Source: Eledone cirrhosa (lineage: Eukaryota). From it: 64,000 nucleotides of DNA. Positions 39,701-54,700 of the stretch are shown piece after piece. The position numbers were made by a program, and so were the translations under genes. Numbering within the stretch: position 1 is the first letter of the stretch; the number at the start of each line of letters is the position of its first letter. The notes under the pieces were generated by a model. It was given only the letters and a program-made list of their open reading frames with translations. It ran no database searches and was not told where the DNA came from. The stretch lies in NCBI GenBank assembly GCA_964016885.1, contig OZ024746.1:50282001-50346000 (forward strand), in the 5' to 3' direction.

Positions 39701-42700
39701 AAATGATCAATTTGTGCAAAACCGAAAAAAATCAATTTTAGAAATCAGAAGTAAATATTTCGAAAAGTATAAAAAAATTGATTATTTTAGGTTTTTCACA
39801 AAATGATCAATTTGTGAAAAACCGAAAAAAATCAATTTTAGATATCAGAAGTAAATATTTCGAAATGTATAAAAAAATTGATTATTTTAGGTTTTTCACA
39901 AATTGATCATTTTACACAGTATTTCGAAAAATTGTTTTTTTTCAAAAAAGATTGATTTTTTTTCTTTCGAAATGTATACTTTCTGATTTCGAAAATTGAT
40001 ATATATTTTGTATTTTTCAAAAATTTTTCAACGAGTCGAGACAAAACGCATTTTTTTGAAAAAAAACATTTTTTCCAAATATTGTGTAAAGTGATCAATT
40101 TGTGAAAAACCTAAAAAGATCAATTTTAGATATCAGAAGTAAATATTTCGAAATGTATAAAAAAATTGATTATTTTAGGTTTTTCACAAATTGATCATTT
40201 TACACAGTATTTCGAAAAATTGTTTTTTTTCAAAAGAGATTGATTTTTTTTCGATTTTTTCGATTTTTTTTCGATTTCGAAAATTGATATATATTATGTA
40301 TTTTTCAAAAATTTTTCAACGTGTCGAAACACGATGTATAAACGCATTTTTTTGAAAAAAAAACATTTTTTCTAAAAATGATCAATTTGTGAAAAACCGA
40401 AAAAAATCAATTTTAGAAATCAGAAGTAAATATTTCGAAAAGTATAAAAAAATTGATTATTTTAGGTTTTTCACAAATTGATCATTTTACACAGTATTTC
40501 GAAAAATTGTTTTTTTTCAAAAAAGATTGATTTTTTTTCTTTCGAGATATATACTTTCTGATTTCGAAATGTTTAAAAAAATTGATTATTTTAGGTTTTT
40601 CACACATTGATCATTTTACACAGTATTTCGAAAAATTGTTTTTTTTCAAAAAAGTGATTTTTTTCGATTTCGAAAATTGATATGTATTTTGTATTTTTCA
40701 AAAATTTTTCAACGTGTCGAAGCACGATGAATAAACGCATTTTTTTGAAAAAAAACATTTTATCCAAATATTGTGTAAAGTGATCAATTTATGAAAAACC
40801 TAAAAAAATCAATTTTAGATACCAGAAGTAAATATTTCGAAATGTATAAAAAAATTGATTATTTTAGGTTTTTCACAAATTGATCATTTTACACAGTATT
40901 TCGAAAAATTGTTTTTTTTCAGAAAAGTTTGATTTATTTTCGATTTCGAAAATTGATATATATTTTGTATTTTTCAAAAATTTTTCAACGTGTCGAAACA
41001 CGATGTATAAACGCATTATTTTGAAAAAAAACATTTTTTCCAAATACTGTGTAAAATGATCAATTTGTGAAAAACCGAAAAAAATCAATTTTAGAAATCA
41101 GAAGTAAATATTTCGAAATGTATAAAAAAATTGATTATTTTAGGTTTTTCACCAATTGATCATTTTACACAGTATTTCGAAAAATTGTTTTTTTTCAAAA
41201 AAGATTGATTTTTTTTCTTTCGAAATGTATACTTTCTGATTTCGAAAATTGATATATATTTTGTATTTTTCAAAAATTTTTCAACGTGTCGAGATACGAT
41301 GAATAAACGCATTTTTTTGAAAAAAAACATCTTTTCCAAATACTTTGTAAAATGATCAATTTGTGAAAAACCGAAAAAAATCAATTTTAGAAATCAGAAG
41401 TAAATATTTCGAAATGTATAAAAAAATTGATTATTTTAGGTTTTTCACAAAATGATCAATTTGTGAAAAACCGAAAAAAATCAATTTTAGAAATCAGAAG
41501 TAAATATTTCGAAATGTATAAAAAAATTGATTATTTTAGGTTTTTCACAAATTGATCATTTTACACAGTATTTCGAAAAATTGTTTTTTTTCAAAAAAGA
41601 TTGATTTTTTTTCTTTCGAAATGTATACTTTCTGATTTCAAAAATTGATATATATTTTGTATTTTTCAAAAATTTTTCAACGTGTCGAAACACGATGTAT
41701 AAACGCATTTTTTTAAAAAAAAACATTTTTTCCAAATACTTTGTAAAATGATCGATTTGTGAAAAACCCCAAAAAATCAATTTTAGATATCAGAAGTAAA
41801 TATTTCGAAATGTATAAAAAAATTGATTATTTTAGGTTTTTCACAAATTGATCATTTTACACAGTATTTCGAAAAATTGTTTTTTTTCAAAAAAGTGATT
41901 TTTTTTCGATTTCGAAAATTGATATGTATTTTGTATTTTTCAAAAATTTTTCAACGTGTCGAAACACGATGAATAAACGCATTATTTTGAAAAAAAACAT
42001 TTTTTCAAAATATTGTGTAAAGTGATCAATTTGTGAAAAACCGAAAAAAATCAATTTTAGAAATCAGAAGTAAATATTTCGAAATGTATAAAAAAATTGA
42101 TTATTTTAGGTTTTTCACAAAATGATCAATTTGTGAAAAACCGAAAAAAATCAATTTTAGAAATCAGAAGTAAATATTTCGAAATGTATAAAAAAATTGA
42201 TTATTTTAGGTTTTTCACAAATTGATCATTTTACACAGTATTTCGAAAAATTGTTTTTTTTCAAAAAAGATTGATTTTTTTTCTTTCGAAATGTATACTT
42301 TCTGATATCGAAAATTGATATATATTTTGTATTTTTCAAAAATTTTTCAACGTGTCGAAACACGATGTATAAACGCATTTTTTTTAAAAAAAACATTTTT
42401 TCCAAATACTGTGTAAAATGATCAATTTGTGCAAAACCGAAAAAAATCAATTTTAGAAATCAGAAGTAAATATTTCGAAATGTATAAAAAATTGATTATT
42501 TTAGGTTTTTCACAAATTGATCATTTTACACAGTATTTCGAAAAATTGTTTTTTTTCAGAAAAGTTTGATTTATTTTCGATTTCGAAAATTGATATATAT
42601 TTTGTATTTTTCAAAAATTTTTCAACGTGTCGAAACACAATGTATAAACGCATTTTTTAAAAAAAAAACATTTTTCTAAATATTGTGTAAAGTGATCGAT

Positions 42701-45700
42701 TTGTGAAAAACCCCAAAAAATCAATTTTAGATATCAGAAGTAAATATTTCGAAATGTATAAAAAAATTGATTATTTTAGGTTTTTCACAAATTGATCATT
42801 TTACACAGTATTTCGAAAAATTGTTTTTTTACAAAAAAGTTTGATTTTTTTTCGATTTCGAAAATTGATATATATTTTGTACTTTTCAAAAATTTTTCAA
42901 CGTGTCGAAACACAATGTAAAAACGCATATTTTTGAAAAAAAAAACATTTTTTACAAATACTGTGTAAAATAATCAATTTGTGAAAAACCGAAAAAAATC
43001 AATTTTAGAAATCAGAAGTAAATATTTTGAAATGTATAAAAAAATTGATTATTTTAGGTTTTTCACAAATTGATCATTTTACACAGTATTTCGAAAAATT
43101 GTTTTTTTTCAAAAAAGATTGATTTTTTTTTCTTTCGAAATGTATACTTTCTGATATTGAAAATTGAAATATATTTTGTATTTTTCAAAAGTTTTTCAAC
43201 GTGTCGAGATACGATGAATAAACGCATTTTTTTGAAAAAAAACATTTTTTCCAAATACTTTGTAAAATGATCGATTTGTGAAAAACCCCAAAAAATCAAT
43301 TTTAGATATCAGAAGTAAATATTTCGAAATGTATAAAAAAATTTATTATTTTAGGTTTTTCACAAATTGATCATTTTACACAGTATTTCGAAAAATTGTT
43401 TTTTTTCAAAAAAGATTGATTTTTTTTCTTTCGAAATGTATACTTTCTGATTTCGAAAATTGATATATATTTTGTATTTTTCAAAAATTTTTCAACGTGT
43501 CGAAACACAATGTAAAAACGCATATTTTTGAAAAAAAACATTTTTTCCAAATACTGTGTAAAATGATCAATTTGTGAAAAACCGAAAAAAATCAATTTTA
43601 GAAATCAAAAGTAAATATTTTGAAATGTATAAAAAAATTGTTTTTTTCAAAAAAGTGATTGATTTTTTTTCTTTCGAAATATATTCTTTCTGATTTCGAA
43701 ATGTATAAAAAAATTTATTATTTTAGGTTTTTCACAAATTGATCATTTTACACAGTATTTCGAAAAATTGTTTTTTTTCAAAAAAGTGATTTTTTTTCGA
43801 TTTCGAAAATTGATATGTATTTTGTATTTTTCAAAAATTTTTCAACGTGTCGAAACACGATGAATAAACGCATTATTTTGAAAAAAAACATTTTTTCCAA
43901 ATATTGTGTAAAGTGATCAATTTGTGAAAAACCGAAAAAAATCAATTTTAGAAATCAGAAGTAAATATTTCGAAATGTATAAAAAAATTGATTATTTTAG
44001 GTTTTTCACAAAATGATCAATTTGTGAAAAACCGAAAAAAATCAATTTTAGAAATCAGAAGTAAATATTTCGAAATGTATAAAAAAATTGATTATTTTAG
44101 GTTTTTCACAAATTGATCATTTTACACAGTATTTCGAAAAATTGTTTTTTTTCAAAAAAGATTGATTTTTTTTCTTTCGAAATGTATACTTTCTGATATC
44201 GAAAATTGATATATATTTTGTATTTTTCAAAAATTTTTCAACGTGTCGAAACACGATGTATAAACGCATTTTTTTTAAAAAAAACATTTTTTCCAAATAC
44301 TGTGTAAAATGATCAATTTGTGCAAAACCGAAAAAAATCAATTTTAGAAATCAGAAGTAAATATTTCGAAATGTATAAAAAATTGATTATTTTAGGTTTT
44401 TCACAAATTGATCATTTTACACAGTATTTCGAAAAATTGTTTTTTTTCAGAAAAGTTTGATTTATTTTCGATTTCGAAAATTGATATATATTTTGTATTT
44501 TTCAAAAATTTTTCAACGTGTCGAAACACAATGTATAAACGCATTTTTTAAAAAAAAAACATTTTTCTAAATATTGTGTAAAGTGATCGATTTGTGAAAA
44601 ACCCAAAAAAATCAATTTTAGATATCAGAAGTAAATATTTCGAAATGTATAAAAAAATTGATTATTTTAGGTTTTTCACAAATTGATCATTTTACACAGT
44701 ATTTCGAAAAATTGTTTTTTTTCAAAAAAGTGATTTTTTTTCGATTTCGAAAATTGATATATATTCTGTATTTTTCAAAAATTTTTCAACGTGTCGAAAC
44801 ACAATGTAAAAACGCATATTTTTGAAAAAAAACATTTTTTCCAAATACTGTGTAAAATGATCAATTTGTGAAGAACCGAAAAAAATCAATTTTAGAAATC
44901 AGAAGTAAATATTTTGAAATGTATAAAAATATTGATTATTTTAGGTTTTGATCATTTTACACAGTATTTCGAAAAATTGTTTTTTTCAAAAAAGATTGAT
45001 TTTTTTTCTTTCGAAATATATACTTTCTGATATCGAAAATTGATATATATTTTGTATTTTTCAAAAATTTTTCAACGAGTCGAAACACAATGTATAAACG
45101 CATTTTTTTTAAAAAAAACATTTTTTCCAAATATTGTGTGAAGTGATCAATTTGTGAAAAACCTAAAAATATCAATTTTAGATACCAGAACTAAATATTT
45201 CGAAATGTATAAAAAAATTGATTATTTTAGGTTTTTCACAAATTGATCATTTTACACAGTATTTCGAAAAATTGTTTTTTTTCAGAAAAGATTGATTTTT
45301 TTTCTTTCGAAATATATACTTTCTGATTTCAAAAATTGATATATATTTTGTATTTTTCAAAAATTTTTCAACGTGTCGAAACACAATGTATAAACGCATT
45401 TTTTTAAAAAAAAACATTTTTTCCAAATACTTTGTAAAATGATCGATTTGTGAAAAACCCCAAAAAATCAATTTTAGATATCAGAAGTAAATATTTCGAA
45501 ATGTATAAAAATATTGATTATTTTAGGTTTTTCACAAATTGATCATTTTACACAGTATTTCGAAAAATTGTTTTTTTTCAAAAAAGTGATTTTTTTTCGA
45601 TTTCGAAAATTGATATGTATTTTGTATTTTTCAAAAATTTTTCAACGTGTCGAAACACGATTAATAAACGCATTATTTTGAAAAAAAACATTTTTTCCAA

Positions 45701-48700
45701 ATATTGTGTAAAGTGATCAATTTGTGAAAAACCGAAAAAAATCAATTTTAGAAATCAGAAGTAAATATTTCGAAATGTATAAAAAAATTGATTATTTTAG
45801 GTTTTTCACAAAATGATCAATTTGTGAAAAACCGTAAAAAATCAATTTTAGAAATCAGAAGTAAATATTTCGAAATGTATAAAAAAATTGATTATTTTAG
45901 GTTTTTCACAAATTGATCATTTTACACAGTATTTCGAAAAATTTTTTTTTTTCAGAAAAGTTTGATTTATTTTCGATTTCGAGAATTGATATATATTTTG
46001 TATTTTTCAAAAATTTTTCAACGTGTCGAAACACAATGTATAAACGCATTTTATTAAAAAAAAACATTTTTTCTAAATATTGTGTAAAGTGATCGATTTG
46101 TGAAAAACCCAAAAAAATCAATTTTAGATATCAGAAGTAAATATTTCGAAATGTATAAAAAAATTGATTATTTTAGGTTTTTCACAAATTGATCATTTTA
46201 CACAGTATTTCGAAAAATTGTTTTTTTTCAAAAAAGTTTGATTTTTTTTCGATTTCGAAAATTGATATATATTTTGTATTTTTCAAAAATTTTTCAACGT
46301 GTCGAAACACAATGTAAAAACGCATATTTTTGAAAAAAAACATTTTTTCCAAATACTGTGTAAAATGATCAATTTGTGAAAAACCTAAAAATATCAATTT
46401 TAGATACCAGAACTAAATATTTCGAAATGTATAAAAAAATTGATTATTTTAGGTTTTTCACAAATTGATCATTTTACACAGTATTTCGAAAAATTGTTTT
46501 TTTTCAGAAAAGATTGATTTTTTTTCTTTCGAAATATATACTTTCTGATTTCGAAAATTGATATATATTTTGTATTTTTCAAAAGTTTTTCAACGTGTCG
46601 AAACAATGTATAAACGCATTTTTTTAAAAAAAAACATTTTTTCCAAATACTTTGTAAAATGATCGATTTGTGAAAAACCCCAAAAAATCAATTTTAGATA
46701 TCAGAAGTAAATATTTCGAAATGTATAAAAAAATTGATTATTTTAGGTTTTTCACAAATTGATCATTTTACACAGTATTTCGAAAAATTGTTTTTTTTCA
46801 AAAAAGTGATTTTTTTTCGATTTCGAAAATTGATATGTATTTTGTATTTTTCAAAAGTTTTTCAACGTGTCGAAACACAACGTATAAACGCATTTTTTTA
46901 AAAAAAAACATTTTTTCTAAATATTGTGTAAAGGTGAAAAACCTAAAAAAATCAATTTTAGAAATCAGAAGTAAATATTTTGAAATGTATAAAAATATTG
47001 ATTATTTTAGGTTTTTCACAAATTGATCATTTTACACAGTATCTCGAAAAATTGTTTTTTTCAAAAAAGATTGATTTTTTTTCTTTCGAAATATATACTT
47101 TCTGATTTCGAAAATTGATATATATTTTGTATTTTTCAAAAATTTTGCGTGTCGAAACACGATGTATAAACGCATTTTTTTGAAAAAAAAACATTTTTTC
47201 TAAAAATGATCAATTTGTGAAAAACCGAAAAAAATCAATTTTAGAAATCAGAAGTAAATATTTCGAAATGTATAAAAAAATTGATTATTTTAGGTTTTTC
47301 ACAAATTGATCATTTTACACAGTATTTCGACAAATTGTTTTTTTTCAAAAAAGATTGATTTTTTTTCTTTCGAAATGTATACTTTCTGATTTCGAAAATT
47401 GATATATATTTTGTATTTTTCAAAAATTTTTCAACGTGTCGAGATACGATGAATAAACGCATTTTTTTGAAAAAAAACATCTTTTCCAAATACTTTGTAA
47501 AATGATCAATTTGTGAAAAACCGAAAAAAATCAATTTTAGAAATCAGAAGTAAATATTTCGAAATGTATAAAAAAATTGATTATTTTAGGTTTTTCACAA
47601 AATGATCAATTTGTGAAAAACCGAAAAAAATCAATTTTAGAAATCAGAAGTAAATATTTCGAAATGTATAAAAAAATTGATTATTTTAGGTTTTTCACAA
47701 ATTGATCATTTTACACAGTATTTCGAAAAATTGTTTTTTTTCAAAAAAGATTGATTTTTTTTCTTTCGAAATGTATACTTTCTGATTTCGAAAATTGATA
47801 TATATTTTGTATTTTTCAAAAATTTTTCAACGTGTCGAAACACGATGTATAAACGCATTTTTTTGAAAAAAAACATTTTTTCCAAATACTGTGTAAAATG
47901 ATCAATTTGTGCAAAACCGAAAAAAATCAATTTTAGAAATCAGAAGTAAATATTTCGAAATGTATAAAAAATTGATTATTTTAGGTTTTTCACAAATTGA
48001 TCATTTTACACAGTATTTCGAAAAATTGTTTTTTTTCAAAAAAGATTGATTTTTTTTCTTTCGAAATGTATACTTTCTGATTTCGAAAATTGATATATAT
48101 TTTGTATTTTTCAAAAATTTTTCAACGTGTCGAGATACGATGAATAAACGCATTTTTTTGAAAAAAAACATCTTTTCCAAATACTTTGTAAAATGATCAA
48201 TTTGTGAAAAACCGAAAAAAATCAATTTTAGAAATCAGAAGTAAATATTTCGAAATGTATAAAAAAATTGATTATTTTAGGTTTTTCACAAAATGATCAA
48301 TTTGTGAAAAAATTTTTCAAAAATTGATCATTTTACACAGTATTTCGAAAAATTGTTTTTTTTCAAAAAAGTGATTTTTTTTTCGATTTCGAAAATTGAT
48401 ATGTATTTTGTATTTTTCAAAAATTTTTCAACGTGTCGAAACACAACGTATAAACGCATTTTTTTAAAAAAAAACATTTTTTCTAAATATTGTGTAAAGG
48501 TGAAAAAACTAAAAAAATCAATTTTAGATATCAGAAGTAAATATTTCGAAATGTATAAAAAAATTTATTATTTTAGGTTTTTCACAAATTGATCATTTTA
48601 CACAGTATTTCGAAAAATTGTTTTTTTTCAAAAAAGATTGATTTTTTTTCTTTCGAAATGTATACTTTCTGATTTCGAAAATTGATATATATTTTGTATT

Positions 48701-51700
48701 TTTCAAAAATTTTTCAACGTGTCGAAACACAATGTAAAAACGCATATTTTTGAAAAAAAACATTTTTTCCAAATACTGTGTAAAATGATCAATTTGTGAA
48801 AAACCGAAAAAAATCAATTTTAGAAATCAAAAGTAAATATTTTGAAATGTATAAAAAAATTGTTTTTTTCAAAAAAGTGATTGATTTTTTTTCTTTCGAA
48901 ATATATTCTTTCTGATTTCGAAAATTGATATATATTTTGTATTTTTCAAAAATTTTGCGTGTCGAAACACGATGTATAAACGCATTTTTTTGAAAAAAAA
49001 ACTTTTTTTCTAAAAATGATCAATTTGTGAAAAACCGAAAAAAATCAATTTTAGAAATCAGAAGTAAATATTTCGAAATGTATAAAAAAATTGATTATTT
49101 TAGGTTTTTCACAAATTGATCATTTTACACAGTATTTCGAAAAATTGTTTTTTTTCAAAAAAGTTTGATTTTTTTTCGATTTCGAAAATTGATATATATT
49201 TTGTATTTTTCAAAAATTTTTCAACGTGTCGAAACACAATGTATAAACGCATTTTTTTTAAAAAAAAACATTTTTTCTAAAAATGATCAATGTGTGAAAA
49301 ACCGAAAAAAATCAATTTTAGAAATCAGAAGTAAATACTTCGAAAAGTATAAAAAAATTGATTATTTTAGGTTTTTCACAAATTGATCATTTTACACAGT
49401 ATTTCGAAAAATTGTTTTTTTTCAAAAAAGATTGATTTTTTTTCTTTCGAAATATATACTTTCTGATTTCGAAAATTGATATATATTTTGTATTTTTCAA
49501 AAATTTTTCAACGTGTCGAAACAGAATGTATAAACGCATTTTTTTTTTAAAAAAATTTTTTGTAAATATTGTGTAAAGTGATCGATTTGTGAAAAACCTA
49601 AAAAAATCAATTTTAGATATCAGAAGTAAATATTTCGAAATGTATAAAAAAATTGATTATTTTAGGTTTTTCACAAATTGATCATTTTACACAGTATTTC
49701 GAAAAATTGTTTTTTTTCAAAAAAGTGATTTTTTTTCGATTTCGAAAATTGATATGTATTTTGTATTTTTCAAAAATTTTTCAACGTGTCTAATCACGAT
49801 GAATAAACGCATTTTTTTGAAAAAAAACATTTTTTCCAAATATTGCGTAAAGTGATCAATTTATGAAAAACCTAAAAAAATCAATTTTAGATACCAGAAG
49901 TAAATATTTCGAAATGTATAAAAAAATTGATTATTTTAGGTTTTTCACAAATTGATCATTTTACACAGTATTTCGAAAAATTGTTTTTATTCAAAAAAGA
50001 TTGATTTTTTTTGTTTCGAAATATATACTTTCTGATTTCGAAAATTGATATATATTTTGTATTTTTCAAAAATTTTTCAACGTGTCGAAACACGATGTAT
50101 AAACGCATTTTTTTTAAAAAAAACATTTTTTCCAAATACTGTGTAAAATGATCAATTTGTGCAAAACCGAAAAAAATCAATTTTAGAAATCAGAAGTAAA
50201 TATTTCGAAAAGTATAAAAAAATTGATTATTTTAGGTTTTTCACAAAATGATCAATTTGTGAAAAACCGAAAAAAATCAATTTTAGAAATCAGAAGTAAA
50301 TATTTCGAAATGTATAAAAAAATTGATTATTTTAGGTTTTTCACAAATTGATCATTTTACACAGTATTTCGAAAAATTGTTTTTTTTCATAAAAGATTGA
50401 TTTTTTTTCTTTCGAAATGTATACTTTCTCATTTCGAAAATTGATATATATTTTGTAGTTTTCAAAAATTTTTCAACGAGTCGAGACAAAACGCATTTTT
50501 TTGAAAAAAAACATTTTTTCCAAATATTGTGTAAAGTGATCAATTTGTGAAAAACCTAAAAAGATCAATTTTAGATATCAGAAGTAAATATTTCGAAATG
50601 TATAAAAAAATTGATTATTTTAGGTTTTTCACAAATTGATCATTTTACACAGTATTTCGAAAAATTGTTATTTTTCAAAAGAGATTGATTTTTTTTCAGA
50701 AAAGTTTGATTTATTTTCGATTTCGAAAATTGATATATATTATGTATTTTTCAAAAATTTTTCAACGTGTCGAAACACGATGTATAAACGCATTTTTTTG
50801 AAAAAAAAACATTTTTTCTAAAAATGATCAATTTGTGAAAAACCGAAAAAAATCAATTTTAGAAATCAGAAGTAAATATTTCGAAAAGTATAAAAAAATT
50901 GATTATTTTAGGTTTTTCACAAATTGATCATTTTACACAGTATTTCGAAAAATTGTTTTTTTTCAAAAAAGATTGATTTTTTTTCTTTCAAAATATATAC
51001 TTTCTGATTTCGAAAAGTATAAAAAAATTGATTATTTTAGGTTTTTCACAAATTGATCATTTTACACAGTATTTCGAAAAATTGTTTTTTTTCAGAAAAG
51101 TTTGATTTATTTTCGATTTCGAAAATTGATATATATTATGTATTTTTCAAAAATTTTTCAACGTGTCGAAACACGATGTATAAACGCATTATTTTGAAAA
51201 AAAACATTTTTTCCAAATACTGTGTAAAATGATCAATTTGTGAAAAACCGAAAAAAATCAATTTTCGAAATCAGAAGTGAATATTTCGAAATGTATAAAA
51301 AAATTGATTATTTTACGTTTTTCACAAATTGATCATTTTACACAGTATTTCGAAAAATTGTTTTTTTTCAAAAAAGATTGATTTTTTTTCTTTCGAAATG
51401 TATACTTTCTGATTTCGAAAATTGATATATATTTTGTATTTTTCAAAAATTTTTCAACGTGTCGAAACACGATGTATAAACGCATTTTTTTAGAAAAAAA
51501 CATTTTTTCCAAATACTGTGTAAAATGATCAATTTGTGCAAAACCGAAAAAAATCAATTTTAGAAATCAGAAGTAAATATTTCGAAATGTATAAAAAATT
51601 GATTATTTTAGGTTTTTCACAAATTGATCATTTTACACAGTATTTCGAAAAATTGTTTTTTTTCAGAAAAGTTTGATTTATTTTCGATTTCGAAAATTGA

Positions 51701-54700
51701 TATATATTTTGTATTTTTCAAAAATTTTTCAACGTGTCGAAACACAATGTATAAACGCATTTTTTAAAAAAAAAACATTTTTCTAAATATTGTGTAAAGT
51801 GATCGATTTGTGAAAAACCCAAAAAAATCAATTTTAGATATTAGAAGTAAATATTTCGAAATGTATAAAAAAATTGATTATTTTAGGTTTTTCACAAATT
51901 GATCATTTTACACAGTATTTCGAAAAATTGTTTTTTTACAAAAAAGTTTGATTTTTTTTCGATTTCGAAAATTGATATATATTTTGTACTTTTCAAAAAT
52001 TTTTCAACGTGTCGAAACACAATGTAAAAACGCATATTTTTGAAAAAAAACATTTTTTCCAAATACTGTGTAAAATGGTCAATTTGTGAAAAACCGAAAA
52101 AAATCAATTTTAGAAATCAGAAGTAAATATTTTGAAATGTATAAAAAAATTGATTATTTTAGGTTTTTCACAAATTGATCATTTTACACAGTATTTCGAA
52201 AAATTGTTTTTTTTCAAAAAAGTGATTTTTTTTCGATTTCGAAAATTGATATGTATTTTGTATTTTTCAAAAATTTTTCAACGTGTCGAAACACGATGAA
52301 TAAACGCATTATTTTGAAAAAAAACATTTTTTCCAAATATTGTGTAAAGTGATCAATTTGTGAAAAACCTAAAAATATCAATTTTAGATACCAGAACTAA
52401 ATATTTCGAAATGTATAAAAAAATTGATTATTTTAGGTTTTTCACAAATTGATCATTTTACACAGTATTTCGAAAAATTGTTTTTTTTCAAAAAAGATTG
52501 ATTTTTTTTCTTTCGAAATGTATACTTTCTGATTTCGAAAATTGATATATATTTTGTATTTTTCAAAAATTTTTCAACGTGTCGAAACACAACGTATAAA
52601 CGCATTTTTTAAAAAAAAAACATTTTTTCTAAATATTGTGTAAAGGTGAAAAACCTAAAAAAATCAATTTTAGATATCAGAAGTAAATATTTCGAAATGT
52701 ATAAAAAAATTGATTATTTTAGGTTTTTCACAAATTGATCATTTTACACAGTATTTCGAAAAATTGTTTTTTTTCAAAAAAGTTTGATTTTTTTTCGATT
52801 TCGAAAATTGATATATATTTTGTATTTTTCAAAAATTTTTCAACGTGTCGAAACACAATGTAAAAACGCATATTTTTGAAAAAAAACATTTTTTCCAAAT
52901 ACTGTGTAAAATGATCAATTTGTGAAAAACCGAAAAAAATCAATTTTAGAAATCAGAAGTAAATATTTTGAAATGTATAAAAAAATTGATTATTTTAGGT
53001 TTTTCACAGATCGATCATTTTACACAGTATTTCGAAAAATTGTTTTTTTTCAAAAAAGATTGATTTTTTTTCTTTCGAAATGTATACTTTCTGATTTCGC
53101 ATTTTACACAGTATTTCGAAAAATTGTTTTTTTTCAAAAAAGTGATTTTTTTTCGATTTCGAAAATTGATATATATTTTGTATTTTTCAAAAATTTTTCA
53201 ACGTGTCGAAACACAATGTATAAACGCATTTTTTTGAAAAAAAACATTTTTTCCAAATACTGTGTAAAATGATCAATATATGAAAAACCGAAAAAAATCA
53301 ATTTTAGAAATCAGAAGTAAATATTTCTAAATGTATAAAAAATTGATTATTTTAGGTTTTTCACAAATTGATCATTTTACACAGTATTTCGAAAAATTGT
53401 TTTTTTTCAGAAAAGTTTGATTTATTTTCGATTTCGAAAATTGATATATATGTATTTTTCAAAAATTTTTCAACGTGTCGATACACGATGTATAAACGCA
53501 TTATTTTGAAAAAAACATTTTTTCCAAATACTGTGTAAAATGATCAATTTGTGAAAAACCGAAAAAAATCAATTTTAGAAATCAGAAGTAAATATTTCGA
53601 AATGTATAAAAAAATTGATTATTTTAGGTTTTTCACAAATTGATCATTTTACAATTTGTGAAAAACCTAAAAAAATCAATTTTAGAAATCAGAAGTAAAT
53701 ATTTCGAAATGTATAAAAAATTGATTATTTTAGGTTTTTCACAAATTGATCATTTAACACAGTATTTCGAAAAATTGTTTTTTTTCAGAAAAGTTTGATT
53801 TATTTTCGATTTCGAAAATTGATATATATTTTGTATTTTTCAAAAATTTTTCAACGTGTCGAAACACAATGTATAAACGCATTTTTTTGAAAAAAAACAT
53901 TTTATCCAAATATTGTGTAAAGTGATCAATTTATGAAAAACCTAAAAAAATCAATTTTAGATACCAGAAGTAAATATTTCGAAATGTATAAAAAAATTGA
54001 TTATTTTAGGTTTTTCACAAATTGATCATTTTACACAGTATTTCGAAAAATTGTTTTTTTTCAAAAAAGTGATTTTTTTTCGATTTCGAAAATTGATATG
54101 TATTTTGTATTTTTCAATAATTTTTCAACGTGTCGAAACACGATGTATAAACGCATTTTTTTGAAAAAAAAACATTTTTTCTAAAAATGATCAATTTGTG
54201 AAAAACCGAAAAAAATCAATTTTAGAAATCAGAAGTAAATATTTCGAAATGTATAAAAAAATTGATTATTTTAGGTTTTTCACAAATTGATCATTTTACA
54301 ATTTGTGAAAAACCGAAAAAAATCAATTTTAGAAATCAGAAGTAAATATTTCGAAATGTATAAAAAATTGATTATTTTAGGTTTTTCAGAAATTGATCAT
54401 TTTACACAGTATTTCGAAAAATTGTTTTTTTTCAGAAAAGTTTGATTTATTTTCGATTTCGAAAATTGATATATATTATGTATTTTTCAAAAATTTTTCA
54501 ACGTGTCGAAACACGATGTATAAACGCATTATTTTGAAAAAAAACATTTTTTCCAAATACTGTGTAAAATGATCAATTTGTGAAAAACCGAAAAAAATCA
54601 ATTTTCGAAATCAGAAGTAAATATTTCGAAATGTATAAAAAAATTGATTATTTTACGTTTTTCACAAATTGATCATTTTACACAGTATTTCGAAAAATTG

